A stretch of 64,000 bases of DNA from Euprymna scolopes. Its lineage: Eukaryota. The notes below the pieces were generated by a model, which did not search any database, was not told the DNA's origin, and worked only from the letters and a program-made list of their open reading frames with translations. The translations under genes were made by a program, and so were the position numbers. Positions 39,511 to 52,480 of this stretch are shown here, piece by piece; position 1 is the stretch's first letter, and each line of letters opens with the position of its first letter. The stretch lies in the NCBI GenBank assembly GCA_053919585.1, contig CM132814.1; one strand, given 5' to 3'.

Positions 39511-42500
39511 ATATATATGTTCTCACATTTAGGAAAATTTGGAGAATGCAGAATATATCTTTTCAGATTTAGCGGAATTTGGAGGAATGCAGAATATATC
39601 TTCTCACATGAAGAGGAATTAAGAGGAATGCAGAATATATCTTCTAACATTCAGGGAAATTTTGAGGAATGCAGAATATATCTTCTCACATTTAGGAAAA
39701 TTTGGAGGTGTGCCGAATATATCTTCTCACATTTAGGGGAATTTGGTTGAATGCAGAATATATCTTCTCATATTTAGGGGAATTTGGAGGAATGCAGAAT
39801 ATATCTTCTCACATTTAGGGGAATTTGGAGGAATACAGAATATATCTTCTCACATTTAGGGGAATTTGGAGGAATGCAGAATATATCTTCTCACATAAAG
39901 GGGAATTTGGAGAAATGCAGACTAAATCTTCTCACATTTAGGGGAATTTGATTGAATGCAGAATATATCTTCTCAAATTTACAGAACTCTGGAGGAATGC
40001 AGAATACATCTTCTCACATTTAGGGGAATTTGGAGGAATGCAGAATATATTTTCTCACATTTAGGCGCATTTAGAGGAATGCAGAATATATCTTCACACA
40101 TTTAGGGAAATTTTGAGGAATACAGAATATATCTTCTCACATTAAGGGGAATTTGTTTGAATGCAGAATATATATTCTCATATTTAGGGGAATTTGGAGG
40201 AATGCAGATGTATTTTCTCACATTTAGGAAAATTTGGAGAAATGCAGAATATATCTTCTCACATTTAGGCAAATGTGGGTAAATGCAGAACATATTTTCT
40301 CACATTGAAAGGCATTTAGAGGAATGCAGAATATATCTTCTCAGATTTCAAGAAATTTAGACGAATGCAGAATATATCTTCTCAAATTAAGGGGAATTTG
40401 GAGGAATGCAGAATATATCTTCTCACATTAAGGGACATTTTGAAAAATGGAGAATATATCTCCTCACATTTAGGGGAATTTGGAGGAATGCACAATATAT
40501 CTTCTCACATTTACGGAATTTGGACGAATACAGAATATATCTTCTCACATTTAGGGGAATTTGGTTGAATGCAGAATATATCCTCTCACATAAGGGGAAT
40601 TCGGTTGAATGCAGAATATATTTTCTCACATGAAGGGGAATTTGGAGGAAAGCACAATATATTTTCTCACATTAAGGGGAATTTAGAGGAATGCAGAATA
40701 TAGCTTCTCACATTTAGGGGAATTTGGAGGAATGCAGAATATATTTTCTCACATTTAGGCGCATTTAGAGGAATGCAGAATATATCTTCACACATTTAGG
40801 GATATTTGGTTGAATGTAGACCATATCTTCTCACATTTAGGGGAATTTTGAGGAATGCAGAATATATCTTCTCATATTTAGGGGAATTTGGAGGAAGGCA
40901 GAATATATCTTCTCACATAAAGGGGAATTTGGAGAAATGCAGAATATATCTTCTCACATTTAGGGGAATTTGGAGGAATGCAGAATATATCTTCTCAAAT
41001 TTACGGAACTCTGGAGGAATGCAGAATATATCTTCTCAAATTAAGGGGCATTTCGTTGAATGCGGAATATATCTTCTGAGATTAAGGGGAATTTATATGG
41101 ATGCAGAATATATCCCCTCACATTTGGGAGAATTTGGTTGAATGCAGAATATATCTTCTCACATTGATGGGAATTTAGAGGAATGCAGAATATATCTTCT
41201 CACATTGATGGGAATTTAGAGGAATGCAGAATATATCTTCTCACATAAAGGGGAATTTTGAGGATTGCAGAATATATCTTCTCACATCAGGGGAATGTGG
41301 GTAAATGCAGAATATATCTTCTCACGTGTAGGGAATTTGGTTGAATGCAGAATACATCTCATCACATTTAGGGGAATTTGGGTTAATGCAGAATATATCT
41401 TCTCACGTGTAGGGAATTTGGTTGAATGCAGAATACATCTCATCACATTTAGGGGAATTTGGGTTAATGCAGAATATATCTTCTCACGTGTAGGGAATTT
41501 GGTTGAATGCAGAATACATCTCATCACATTTAGGGGAATTTGGGTTAATGCAGAATATATCTTCTAACATTAAGGGGAATTTTGAGGAATGCCGAATATA
41601 TCTTATGACATTTAAAGGACCGTCGTTGAATGCACAATATATCATCTGATATTTAGGGAAATTGTGGGTAATGCAGAATATATCTTCTCAAATAAGCGAA
41701 ATTTTGTATTAATGTAGAATATATCTTCTCACATGTATGGGAATTAAGACAAATGCAGAATATATCTTCTCAAATTTAGAGGAATTTAGAGGAATGCAGG
41801 ATATATCTTCTCACATTAAGGGGAATTACGAGGAATGCAGAATATAGCTTTTAACATTTAGGAACATTTGGAGGAATGCAGTATATATCTTCTCTCATTA
41901 AGGGGAATTTTTAGAAATTAAGACTATATCTTCCTACATTTTGGGGAATTTGGTTGAATGCAGAATATATCTCATCACATTTAGGGGAATTAGGGTTAAT
42001 GCAGAATATATCTTATCATATAAAGGGGAATTTGGAGGAAGGCCGCATATATCTTCTGACATATAAGGGAATTTGGTTGAATGCACAATATATCTTCTGA
42101 CATTTTGGGAAATTTTAAGCACTGCAGAATAAGTCTTCTCACATTTAGCGAAATTTTGATGAATGTAGAATATATCTTCTCACATGTATGCAGAATATGT
42201 CTTCTCACATTTAAGGGATTTTAGAGGAATGCAGGATATATCTTCTTACATTTAGGCGCATTTAGATGAATGCAGAATATATCTTCTCACATTTAGGAAA
42301 ATTTGGGTAAATGCAGAATATATCTTCTCACATTAAGAGGAATTACGAGAAATGCAGAATATATCTTCTCACAATTTGGAGAATTTGGAGGAATGCAGAA
42401 TATATCTTCTCACATTTAGGGGAATTTGGATGAATGCAGAATATATCTTCTCACATTAAGGGACATTTTGAAAAATGGAGAATATATCTCCTCACATTTA

Positions 42501-45500
42501 GGGGAATTTGGAGGAATGCACAATATATCTTCTCACATTTACGGAATTTGGACGAATACAGAATATATCTTCTCACATTTAGGGGAATTTGGTTGAATGC
42601 AGAATATATCCTCTCACATAAGGGGAATTCGGTTGAATGCAGAATATATTTTCTCACATGAAGGGGAATTTGGAGGAAAGCACAATATATTTTCTCACAT
42701 TAAGGGGAATTTAGAGGAATGCAGAATATAGCTTCTCACATTTAGGGGAATTTGGAGGAATGCAGAATATATTTTCTCACATTTAGGCGCATTTAGAGGA
42801 ATGCAGAATATATCTTCACACATTTAGGGATATTTGGTTGAATGTAGACCATATCTTCTCACATTTAGGGGAATTTTGAGGAATGCAGAATATATCTTCT
42901 CATATTTAGGGGAATTTGGAGGAAGGCAGAATATATCTTCTCACATAAAGGGGAATTTGGAGAAATGCAGAATATATCTTCTCACATTTAGGGGAATTTG
43001 GAGGAATGCAGAATATATCTTCTCAAATTTACGGAACTCTGGAGGAATGCAGAATATATCTTCTCAAATTAAGGGGCATTTCGTTGAATGCGGAATATAT
43101 CTTCTGAGATTAAGGGGAATTTATATGGATGCAGAATATATCCCCTCACATTTGGGAGAATTTGGTTGAATGCAGAATATATCTTCTCACATTGATGGGA
43201 ATTTAGAGGAATGCAGAATATATCTTCTCACATTGATGGGAATTTAGAGGAATGCAGAATATATCTTCTCACATAAAGGGGAATTTTGAGGATTGCAGAA
43301 TATATCTTCTCACATCAGGGGAATGTGGGTAAATGCAGAATATATCTTCTCACGTGTAGGGAATTTGGTTGAATGCAGAATACATCTCATCACATTTAGG
43401 GGAATTTGGGTTAATGCAGAATATATCTTCTCACGTGTAGGGAATTTGGTTGAATGCAGAATACATCTCATCACATTTAGGGGAATTTGGGTTAATGCAG
43501 AATATATCTTCTCACGTGTAGGGAATTTGGTTGAATGCAGAATACATCTCATCACATTTAGGGGAATTTGGGTTAATGCAGAATATATCTTCTAACATTA
43601 AGGGGAATTTTGAGGAATGCCGAATATATCTTATGACATTTAAAGGACCGTCGTTGAATGCACAATATATCATCTGATATTTAGGGAAATTGTGGGTAAT
43701 GCAGAATATATCTTCTCAAATAAGCGAAATTTTGTATTAATGTAGAATATATCTTCTCACATGTATGGGAATTAAGACAAATGCAGAATATATCTTCTCA
43801 AATTTAGAGGAATTTAGAGGAATGCAGGATATATCTTCTCACATTAAGGGGAATTACGAGGAATGCAGAATATAGCTTTTAACATTTAGGAACATTTGGA
43901 GGAATGCAGTATATATCTTCTCTCATTAAGGGGAATTTTTAGAAATTAAGACTATATCTTCCTACATTTTGGGGAATTTGGTTGAATGCAGAATATATCT
44001 CATCACATTTAGGGGAATTAGGGTTAATGCAGAATATATCTTATCATATAAAGGGGAATTTGGAGGAAGGCCGCATATATCTTCTGACATATAAGGGAAT
44101 TTGGTTGAATGCACAATATATCTTCTGACATTTTGGGAAATTTTAAGCACTGCAGAATAAGTCTTCTCACATTTAGCGAAATTTTGATGAATGTAGAATA
44201 TATCTTCTCACATGTATGCAGAATATGTCTTCTCACATTTAAGGGATTTTAGAGGAATGCAGGATATATCTTCTTACATTTAGGCGCATTTAGATGAATG
44301 CAGAATATATCTTCTCACATTTAGGAAAATTTGGGTAAATGCAGAATATATCTTCTCACATTAAGAGGAATTACGAGAAATGCAGAATATATCTTCTCAC
44401 AATTTGGAGAATTTGGAGGAATGCAGAATATATCTTCTCACATTTAGGGGAATTTGGATGAATGCAGAATATATCTTCTCACATTTAGGGGAATTTGGAT
44501 GAATGCAGAATATATCTTCTCACATTTAGGGAAATTTGGAGGAATGCAGAATATATCTTCTCACAATTTGCAGAATTTGGAGGAATGCAGAATATATCTT
44601 CTCACATTTACGGAAATTTGGAGGAATGCAGAATATATCTGCTCACATTAAGGGAGATTTCGTTGAATGCAGAATATATCTTCTCACATTTAGGGGAATT
44701 TGGTTGGATGCAGGATATATCCCCTCACGTTAAGGAGAATTTGTTGAATGCAGAATATATCTTCTCACATTTAGGGGAATTTGGAGGAATGCAGAATATA
44801 TCTTCTCACATTAAGGGTCATTCGGGGGAATGTAGAATATATCTTCTCACATTTAGGGGAATTTAGAGGAATGCAGAATATATCTTCTCACATTAAGGGG
44901 AATTTGGAGGAATTCAGAATATATCTTCTAAGATTTAGGGGAATTTATAGGAATGCAGAATATATCTTCTCACATTAAGAGGAATTGTGAGGAATGCAGA
45001 ATATATCGTCTCACATTAAGGGTCATTCGGAGGAATGCAGAATATATCTTCTCACATTTAGGGGAATTTAGAGGAATGCAGAATATATCTTCTAACATTA
45101 AGGGGAATTTGGCGGAATTCAGAATATATCTTCTCACATTTAGGGGAATTTAGAGGAATGCAGGATATATCTTCTCACATTTAGGGGAATTTGCAGGAAT
45201 ACAGAATATATCTTCTCACATTAAGGGTCATTTGGAGGAATGCAGAATATATCTTCTAACATTTAGGGGAATTTGGTTGAATGCAGAATATATCCTCTCA
45301 CAGTTAGGGAAATTTGGTTGAATGCAGAATACATCTTCTCACATTAAGGGGAATTTGGCGGAATGAAGAATATATCTACTCACATTAAGGGGAATTTAGA
45401 GAAATTCAGAATATATCTTCTCACATTTAGGGGAATTTAGAGGAATGCAGAATATATCTTCTCACATTTAGGGGAATTTGGTTGAATGCAGAATATATCC

Positions 45501-48500
45501 TCTATCATTAAGGGGAATTGGGTTAATGCAGAATATATCTTCTCAAATTTAGGGGAATTTGGAGGAATGCAGTATATATCTCATTACATTTAGGGGAATT
45601 TGGGTTAATGCAGAATATATCTTCTCACATTAAGGGGAATTTTGAGGAATGCCGAATATATCTTCTGACATTTAAGGGAATTTGGTTGAAGACATAATAT
45701 ATCTTCTGACATTTAGGGAAATTTGGAGTAATGCAGAATATATATCATCTCACATTTAGGGAAATTTGGAGGAATGCAGTATATATCTTCTCACATTTAT
45801 TGGAATTTAGAGGAATGCTGAATGTATCTTCTCACATGTAGGGGAAGTTATAGTAATCCAGGATATATCTTCTTACATGAAGGGGTATATGGAGGTATGC
45901 AGAATATATCTTCTCACATTTAGGGGAATTTGGTAGAATGCAGAATATGTCTTCTAACATTTAGGGAGATTTGGAGGAATGCAGGATATATCTTCTCACA
46001 TTTAGGGGAATTTGAAGGAATGCAGAATATATCTTCTAACATGCAGTGGAATTTGGTTGAATGCAGAATATATCTTCTCACATTTAGGAAATGTGGTTTA
46101 ATACAGAATATATCTTCTCACATTAAGGAAAATCCAGGTTAATGCAGAATATATCTTCTCAGATTAAGGGGAATTTTTAAGAATGCAGGAAATATCTTCT
46201 CACATTGATGGGAATTTGAAGGAATGCAGAATATATCTTCTAACATGCAGTGGAATTTGGTTGAATGCAGAATATATCTTCTCACATTTAGGAAATGTGA
46301 TTTAATACAGAATATATCTTCTCACATTAAGGAAAATCCAGGTGAATGCAGAATATATCTTCTCACATTAAGGAAAATCCAGGTGAATGCAGAATATATC
46401 TTCTCAGATTAAGGGGAATTTTTAAGAATGCAGGAAATATCTTCTCACATTTATGGGAATTTGAAGGAATGCAGAATATATCTTCTAACATGCAGTGGAA
46501 TTTGGTTGAATGCAGAATATATCTTCTCACATTTAGGAAATGTGATTTAATACAGAATATATCTTCTCACATTAAGGAAAATCCAGGTGAATGCAGAATA
46601 TATCTTCTCACATTAAGGAAAATCCAGGTGAATGCAGAATATATCTTCTCACATTTAGGGGAATTTGGAAGAATGCAGATTACATCTTCTCACATTTAGG
46701 GAAATTTGGGTAAATGCAGAATATATCTTCTCATATTAAAAGGCATTTAGAGTAATGCAGAATATATCTTCCCACATTAAGGGGAATTTGTTGAATGCAA
46801 AATATATCTTCTCACAGTTAGGGGAATTTTGAGGAATGCAGAATATATCTTCTCACATTTACGGAAATTTCGAGGAAGGCAGAATATATCTTCTCACATT
46901 AAGGGGGATTTAGTTGCATGTAGAATATATTTTCTTACATTTAGGGGAATTTGGTTTGATGCAGAATATATCCCCTCACATTTAGGAGAATTTGTGGAAT
47001 GCAGAATATATCTTCTCACATTTAGGGGAATTTTAAGGAATGCAGAATATATCTTCTCACATTTATGGGAATGGGGTTGAATGCAGAATATATCCTCTCA
47101 CATTAAGGCGAATTTGGTTGAATGCAGAATATATCTTCTGACATTAAGGGTCATTTGGAGGAATGCAGAATATATCTTCTAACATTTAGGGGAATTTGGT
47201 TGAATGCAGAATACATCTTCTCACATTAAGGGGAATTTGGCGGAATGAAGAATATATCTTCTCACATTAAGGGGAATTTAGAGGAATGCAGAATATATCT
47301 TCTCACATTTACGGACATTTGGAGGAATGCAGAATATATCTTCTCACATTAAGGGAATTTTAAGGAATGCAGAATATATCCTCTCACATTTAGGGGAATT
47401 TGGTTAAATGCAGAATATATCTTCTCACATTAAGGGGAATTTTGAGGAATGCTGAATATATCTTCTGACATTTAAGGGAATTTGGTTGAAGACATAATAT
47501 ATCTTCTGACATTTAGGGAAATTTGGAGTAATGCAGAATATATATCATCTCACATTTAGGGAAATTTGGAGGAATGCAGTATATATCTTCTCACATTTCT
47601 TGGAATTTAGAGGAATGCTGAATATATCGTCCCACATGTAGGGGAAGTTAGAGTAATGCAGGATATATCTTCTTACATGAAGGGGTATATGGAGGTATGC
47701 AGAATATATCTTCTCAAATTTAGGGGAATTTGGCGGAATGCAGAATATATCTTCTCACATTTAAGGGATTTTGATTGAATGCAGAATATATCTTCTCACA
47801 TTTAGGGAAATTTGGAAGAATGCAGATTACATCTTCTCACATTTAGGGAAATTTGTGTAAATGCAGAATATATCTTCTCATATTAAAAGGCATTTAGAGT
47901 AATGCAGAATATATCTTCTCACATTAAGGGGAATTTGTTGAATGCAAAATATATCTTCTCACATTTACGGAAATTTCGAGGAAGGCAGAATATATCTTCT
48001 AACATTTAGGGGAATTTAGAGGAATGCAGAATATATCTTCTCACATTTATGGGAATTTGGTTGAATGCAGAATATATCCTCTCACATTAAGGCGAATTTG
48101 GTTGAATGCAGAATATATCTTCTGACATTAAGGGTCATTGTGAGGAATACAGAATATATCTTCTCACATTAAGGGTAATTTTGAGGAATGCAGAATATAT
48201 CTTCTCACATTTAGGGGAATTTTTAAGAATGCAGAATATATCATCTCACATGTAGGGGACTTTAGAGGAATGCAGGATATATATCTCACATTAAGGCGGA
48301 TTTGGAGGAATGACGAGTATATCTTCTTACATTTAGGGGAATGTTGTTAAATGCAGCATATATCTTCTCACATTAAGGGGAATTTGTTTGAATGCAGAAT
48401 AGATCCCCTCACATTTAGGAGAACTTTTTGAATGCAGAATATATCTTCTTAATGTAAGGGAAATTTAGAGAAATGCAGAATATATCATCTTATATTTAGG

Positions 48501-50505
48501 GTAAATTGGGAGGAATGCAGAATATGTCTTCTCACATTTAGGGGAATTTGGTTGAATGCAGAATATATCCTCTCCCTTTAAGGGGAATTTGGTTGAATGC
48601 AGAATACATCTTATCATATTAAGGCGAATTTGGAGGAATGCAGCATATATCTACTCACATTAAGGGGAATTTAGAGGAATGCAGAATATATCTTCTCACA
48701 TTTTCGGACATTTGGAGGAATGCAGAATATATCTTCTCACATTTATGGGAATTTTTAGAAATGCAGAATATATTTTCTCACATTTACGGGGAATTGTGTT
48801 GGATGCAGAATGTATCCCCTCACATAAAGGGGAATTTTAAGGAATGCAGAATATATCTTCTTACATTAAGATGAATTTGGGTAAATGCAGAATATATCTT
48901 CTCACATTTAGGCGAATTTGGTTGAATGCAGAAAATATTCCATCACATTTAGGGGAATTAAGGTTAATGCAAAATATATCTTCTCACATTTAAGGAAATT
49001 TTGAGGAATTCAGAATATGTTTTCTCACATTTATTGGAATTTAGAGGAATGCAGAATATATCTTCTCACATGTAGGGGAATTTAGAGGAATGCAGGATAT
49101 ATCTTCTCACATTAAGGGGAATTTGGAGGAATGCAAAATATATCTTCTCAAATTTAGGGGAATTTGGTTGAATGCAGAATAGATCTTCTCACATTTAGGG
49201 AAATGTGGTTGAATACAGAATATATCTTCTCAAATTTAGGGAAATTCAGGTGAATGCAGAAAATATCTTCTCAGATTAAGGGGAATTGTGAGGAATGCAG
49301 GATATATCTTCTCACATTTATGGGAATTTGGAGGAATGCAGAATATATCGTCTAACATTGATGGGAATTTGTTTGAATGCAGAGTATATCTTCTCACATT
49401 TAGAGGAATTTGATTGAATGCAGAATATATCTTCTTACATTTAGGGGAATTTGGAGCAATGCAGACTATATCTTCTCACATTTAGGGATATTTGGTTGAA
49501 AAAAATATATCTTCCCACATTTAGGGGAATTTTGAGGAATGCAGATTATATCTTCTAACATTTAGTGAAATTTGTGTAAATGCAGAATATATCTTTTCAC
49601 ATTCGGAGGGATTAAGAGGAATGCAGAATATATCTTCTCACATTTAGGGGAATTTGGAGGAATGCAGAATATATCTTCTCACATTTAGGGGAATGTGGAG
49701 GAAAGCAGAATATATTTTCTCACAGTAAGGGAAATTTTGAGGAATGCAGAATATATCCTCTCACATTTACGGACATTTGGAGGAAGGCAGAATATATCTT
49801 CGAACATGAAGGGGGATTTCGTTGAATGCAGAATATATCTTCTCACATTTAGAGGAATTTGGTTGGATGCAGAATATATCCCCTCACATTTAGGAGAATT
49901 TGTTGAATGCAGAATATATCTTCTCACATTTAGGGGAATTTAGAGGAATGCAGAATATATCTTCTCACATTTAGGGGAATTTGGTTGAATGCAGAATATA
50001 TCCTCTCACATAAAGGGTCATTTGGAGGAATGCAAAATATTCCTTCTCACATTTAGGGGAATGTTGAGGAATGCAGAATATATCATCTCACATTTAAGGA
50101 AATTTGTTTCATGCAGAATATATCTTCTCACATTTAGGGGAATTTGGAGGAATGCACAATATATCTTCTCACATTTATGGGAATTTGGTTTAATCCAGAA
50201 TATATCTTCTCACATTTAGGGAAAATCAGGTGAATGCAGAATATATCTTCTACAATTTATGGGAATTTTATTGAATGCAGAATATATCTTCTCACATTTA
50301 TGGGAATTTTCTTGAATGCAGAATATATCTTCTCACATTTAGGGAAATTCAGGTGAATGCAGAAGATATCTTCTCACATTAAGGGGAATTTTGAGGAATG
50401 AAGAATATATCTTCTCACTTTTATCGGAACTTTGAGGAATGCAGAATATATCCTTTCACATTTAGGGAATTTGGAGGAATGCAGAATATATCCCATCCCA
50501 TTTAG
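39511..50505. repeat. 41-bp tandem satellite array, ~11 kb, ~268 units
   Basis: Consensus ATATATCTTCTCACATTTAGGGGAATTTGGAGGAATGCAGA; conserved AATGCAGAATATATCTTCTCACA half and a more variable G-rich half. Confidence 0.99.
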
Positions 50506-50645
50506 ATATCAAAGTAATGGAAGAATGTTTTTAAGGCTGATTAGACTGGATAATTTTGTCCAACTGCTGTTGGTGCTTAAAACAAGACAAGCTAGATATT
50601 CTCCACTCTAGAAAGTCTTAAAACAAACGACAATTCTTGCCCTAA
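50503..50645 (+). pseudogene. Chapaev3-like transposase C-terminus
   Basis: DIKVMEECF*G*LDWIILSNCCWCLKQD..HSRKS continues the conserved ERFHQDI..ME.RYQG.W...ML.DYCW.L motif interrupted by the array. Confidence 0.8.
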
Positions 50646-50923
50646 CAATATCTATTATGTAATATTTCTACAAAATTTATTTTATTAATGAGGAAAAAGC
50701 AAAAAAAAAACAATAAATTTATATTAGAAAAATTGTCTCAGAAAACTTAATGACTTATTTTTGACACTTTTTTTTTACAAAATTTATTTTACAAGGGGAT
50801 TTTTATGATAAATGCGACATTTTATGACTTAAAAAACTAGAGCTAAATAGGAAAAAAATTACTGTAATACCAATAATTTATTTTTCAAGGGATCATCAGT
50901 TGTTTACCATGAAACACTGTTTC

Positions 50924-50958
<35 letters not shown>

Positions 50959-51169
50959 TATAGCTTTAAGTAAAAGAGGAAAGAGCAAGATCAATTCCAC
51001 AAAAGGAGACTTACCCGGATAATGCCAAGCTGAACAATAATTATTGGAGCTTATACAATAGGGTAACAAGAGAATGAAATGAAGACAGGAAACTATATAT
51101 ATAGGCAGATATAGAATGGATCATTTATTGAATAATGGAATACAGCCAACATTTGGGGGAGCGAAGCGG

Positions 51170-51217
51170 CTCTTTATGCCAGGGCATTTCGAAGCGTAAC
51201 GCTTCTCATCAGAAGAG
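51170..51217 (-). ncRNA. Type I hammerhead ribozyme motif
   Basis: Minus strand reads CTCTT-CTGATGA-GAAGCG tta CGCTTC-GAAA-TGCC ct GGC-ATA-AAGAG: 5-bp stem I, intact core, 6-bp stem II, short stem III and an AUA triplet. Confidence 0.88.
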
Positions 51218-52238
51218 TAGAGAAGGTGTAAGGTAGCATGGGGAAGATGCGGCGTCTAGCGTGAGGTTCGTTTGGGATGAAAAAGATTAAGAGGAATAAT
51301 AGAGTGAAGGGGGAAGCTTTAATGAATTCTAAATAAAAAGGAGAAGCTTATTATATATAGTTTGATATATAAGAATATAAATTGTCTTTAACATAGTATT
51401 GAGATGAAGGGGTATATGTATTATGGTTGAATAAGGGGTGTATTGCTGCTGAGTGGTAATTTATTATAACGGTTTATGGGGTGTCTATTTTCTTTGGAGC
51501 GAGTAATGTTTCATTAATTTGGTGGGGGGTTATGTAAGGTTGTAAAACTGAAAGGTAATATGCGGCAATATATTTATAAGTGTCTACTGTTAATATATAC
51601 GGAGTATGATCATAAGGGGGCGGTTGGAGATTAGGGTGGCAATGACTATGAGTGCGTATAACTTGATGTAAAAGGTTAAGTATACATATTGATGTTAAAA
51701 TGGGGGAGTAAAGGAACCATAGCTACTTATGAGAGTGGTAAAAATATACCAAATAATAGTAGGGTAATTATAATGATTCAGAATATAATAGTAATGACAA
51801 TTTTAATAATAGTAGTAATAATAAAGTTGGACATAAATTAGATGTAAAATTAAATATAAAAAAATAAGAAATTAATATTAAGAAAAATAAAATAAAAAAA
51901 TAAAATAAAATAAAGGCAAAATGGAAAGTAAACCTTAAATTTAAACATTAAATGTAGTGTTAACAGAAGTTGTGATAAAATTAAATTCAAAATTACTCTT
52001 AATGACAGTGAAGATGGAGATAGTAGTAGCAATTATGGTAGCAATGACGAGAATGATAATAACGATATCAATTATAATGAAGATTATAATTATAATAATG
52101 ATGACAAAAACAGTAATAATAATAATACCAGTAGTAATAGCGTAAAAAACAGTGTAGTACTAATACTGATAATGCTTCTGCCACCACCTCCAAACATCAC
52201 CACAACCGTTACCAATGATAATAAAGCTCTATAATAAA

Positions 52239-52480
52239 AACTCTATAAGACTATCCTTCTCAACTATGCCTAATGTAGCACAAACTATTATAAGTACTAA
52301 CAATATGTAAATAGAATCAGCGCAGAAAATAATTATTAGCAAATCTATTCTAGCCCAACCAAACTGCAATTGTAATTACCCAACTAGCTGCCCACTGGAG
52401 AATGACTGTGTTCACTCAGACGTCATATATTCATGTACAGTAACAGAACTCCCGCCTAATACGACAACTAATAAACATTA
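52239..52480 (+). mobile_element. Penelope-like element (Neptune-type) linker/Zn-finger and GIY-YIG start fragment
   Basis: In one frame with one stop: NSIRLSFSTMPNVAQTII..QPNCNCNYPTSCPLENDCVHSDVIYSCTVT, matching the K.SYS.MPN..CNC..CPL..C....VIY pattern. Confidence 0.7.

Larger units (their letters stand above)
38376..50911 (+). mobile_element. Non-autonomous Chapaev3-like (CMC superfamily) DNA transposon containing an 11-kb tandem array
   Basis: Left end TTA|CACTGGTCAACAA; right end TTGTTTACCATG (11/13 to the reverse complement). Subterminal inverted match TTTGCTCTAGTTTTT (38471) / AAAAACTAGAGCTAAA (50832). Transposase remnants lie on both sides of the array. The right TSD is not preserved. 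Confidence 0.8.

Noticed and set aside
39450-50219. Many ORFs with MQNISSH/ECRIYLLTF/NAEYIFSH repeats as a repeat protein
   Set aside because: The 41-bp period cycles through all three frames and the consensus contains TAG in one of them; the ORFs are short by-products of the satellite.
39511-50505. CRISPR-like array (constant plus variable segments)
   Set aside because: The variable parts are point variants of one sequence, not unique spacers; there are no cas genes and the context is eukaryotic.
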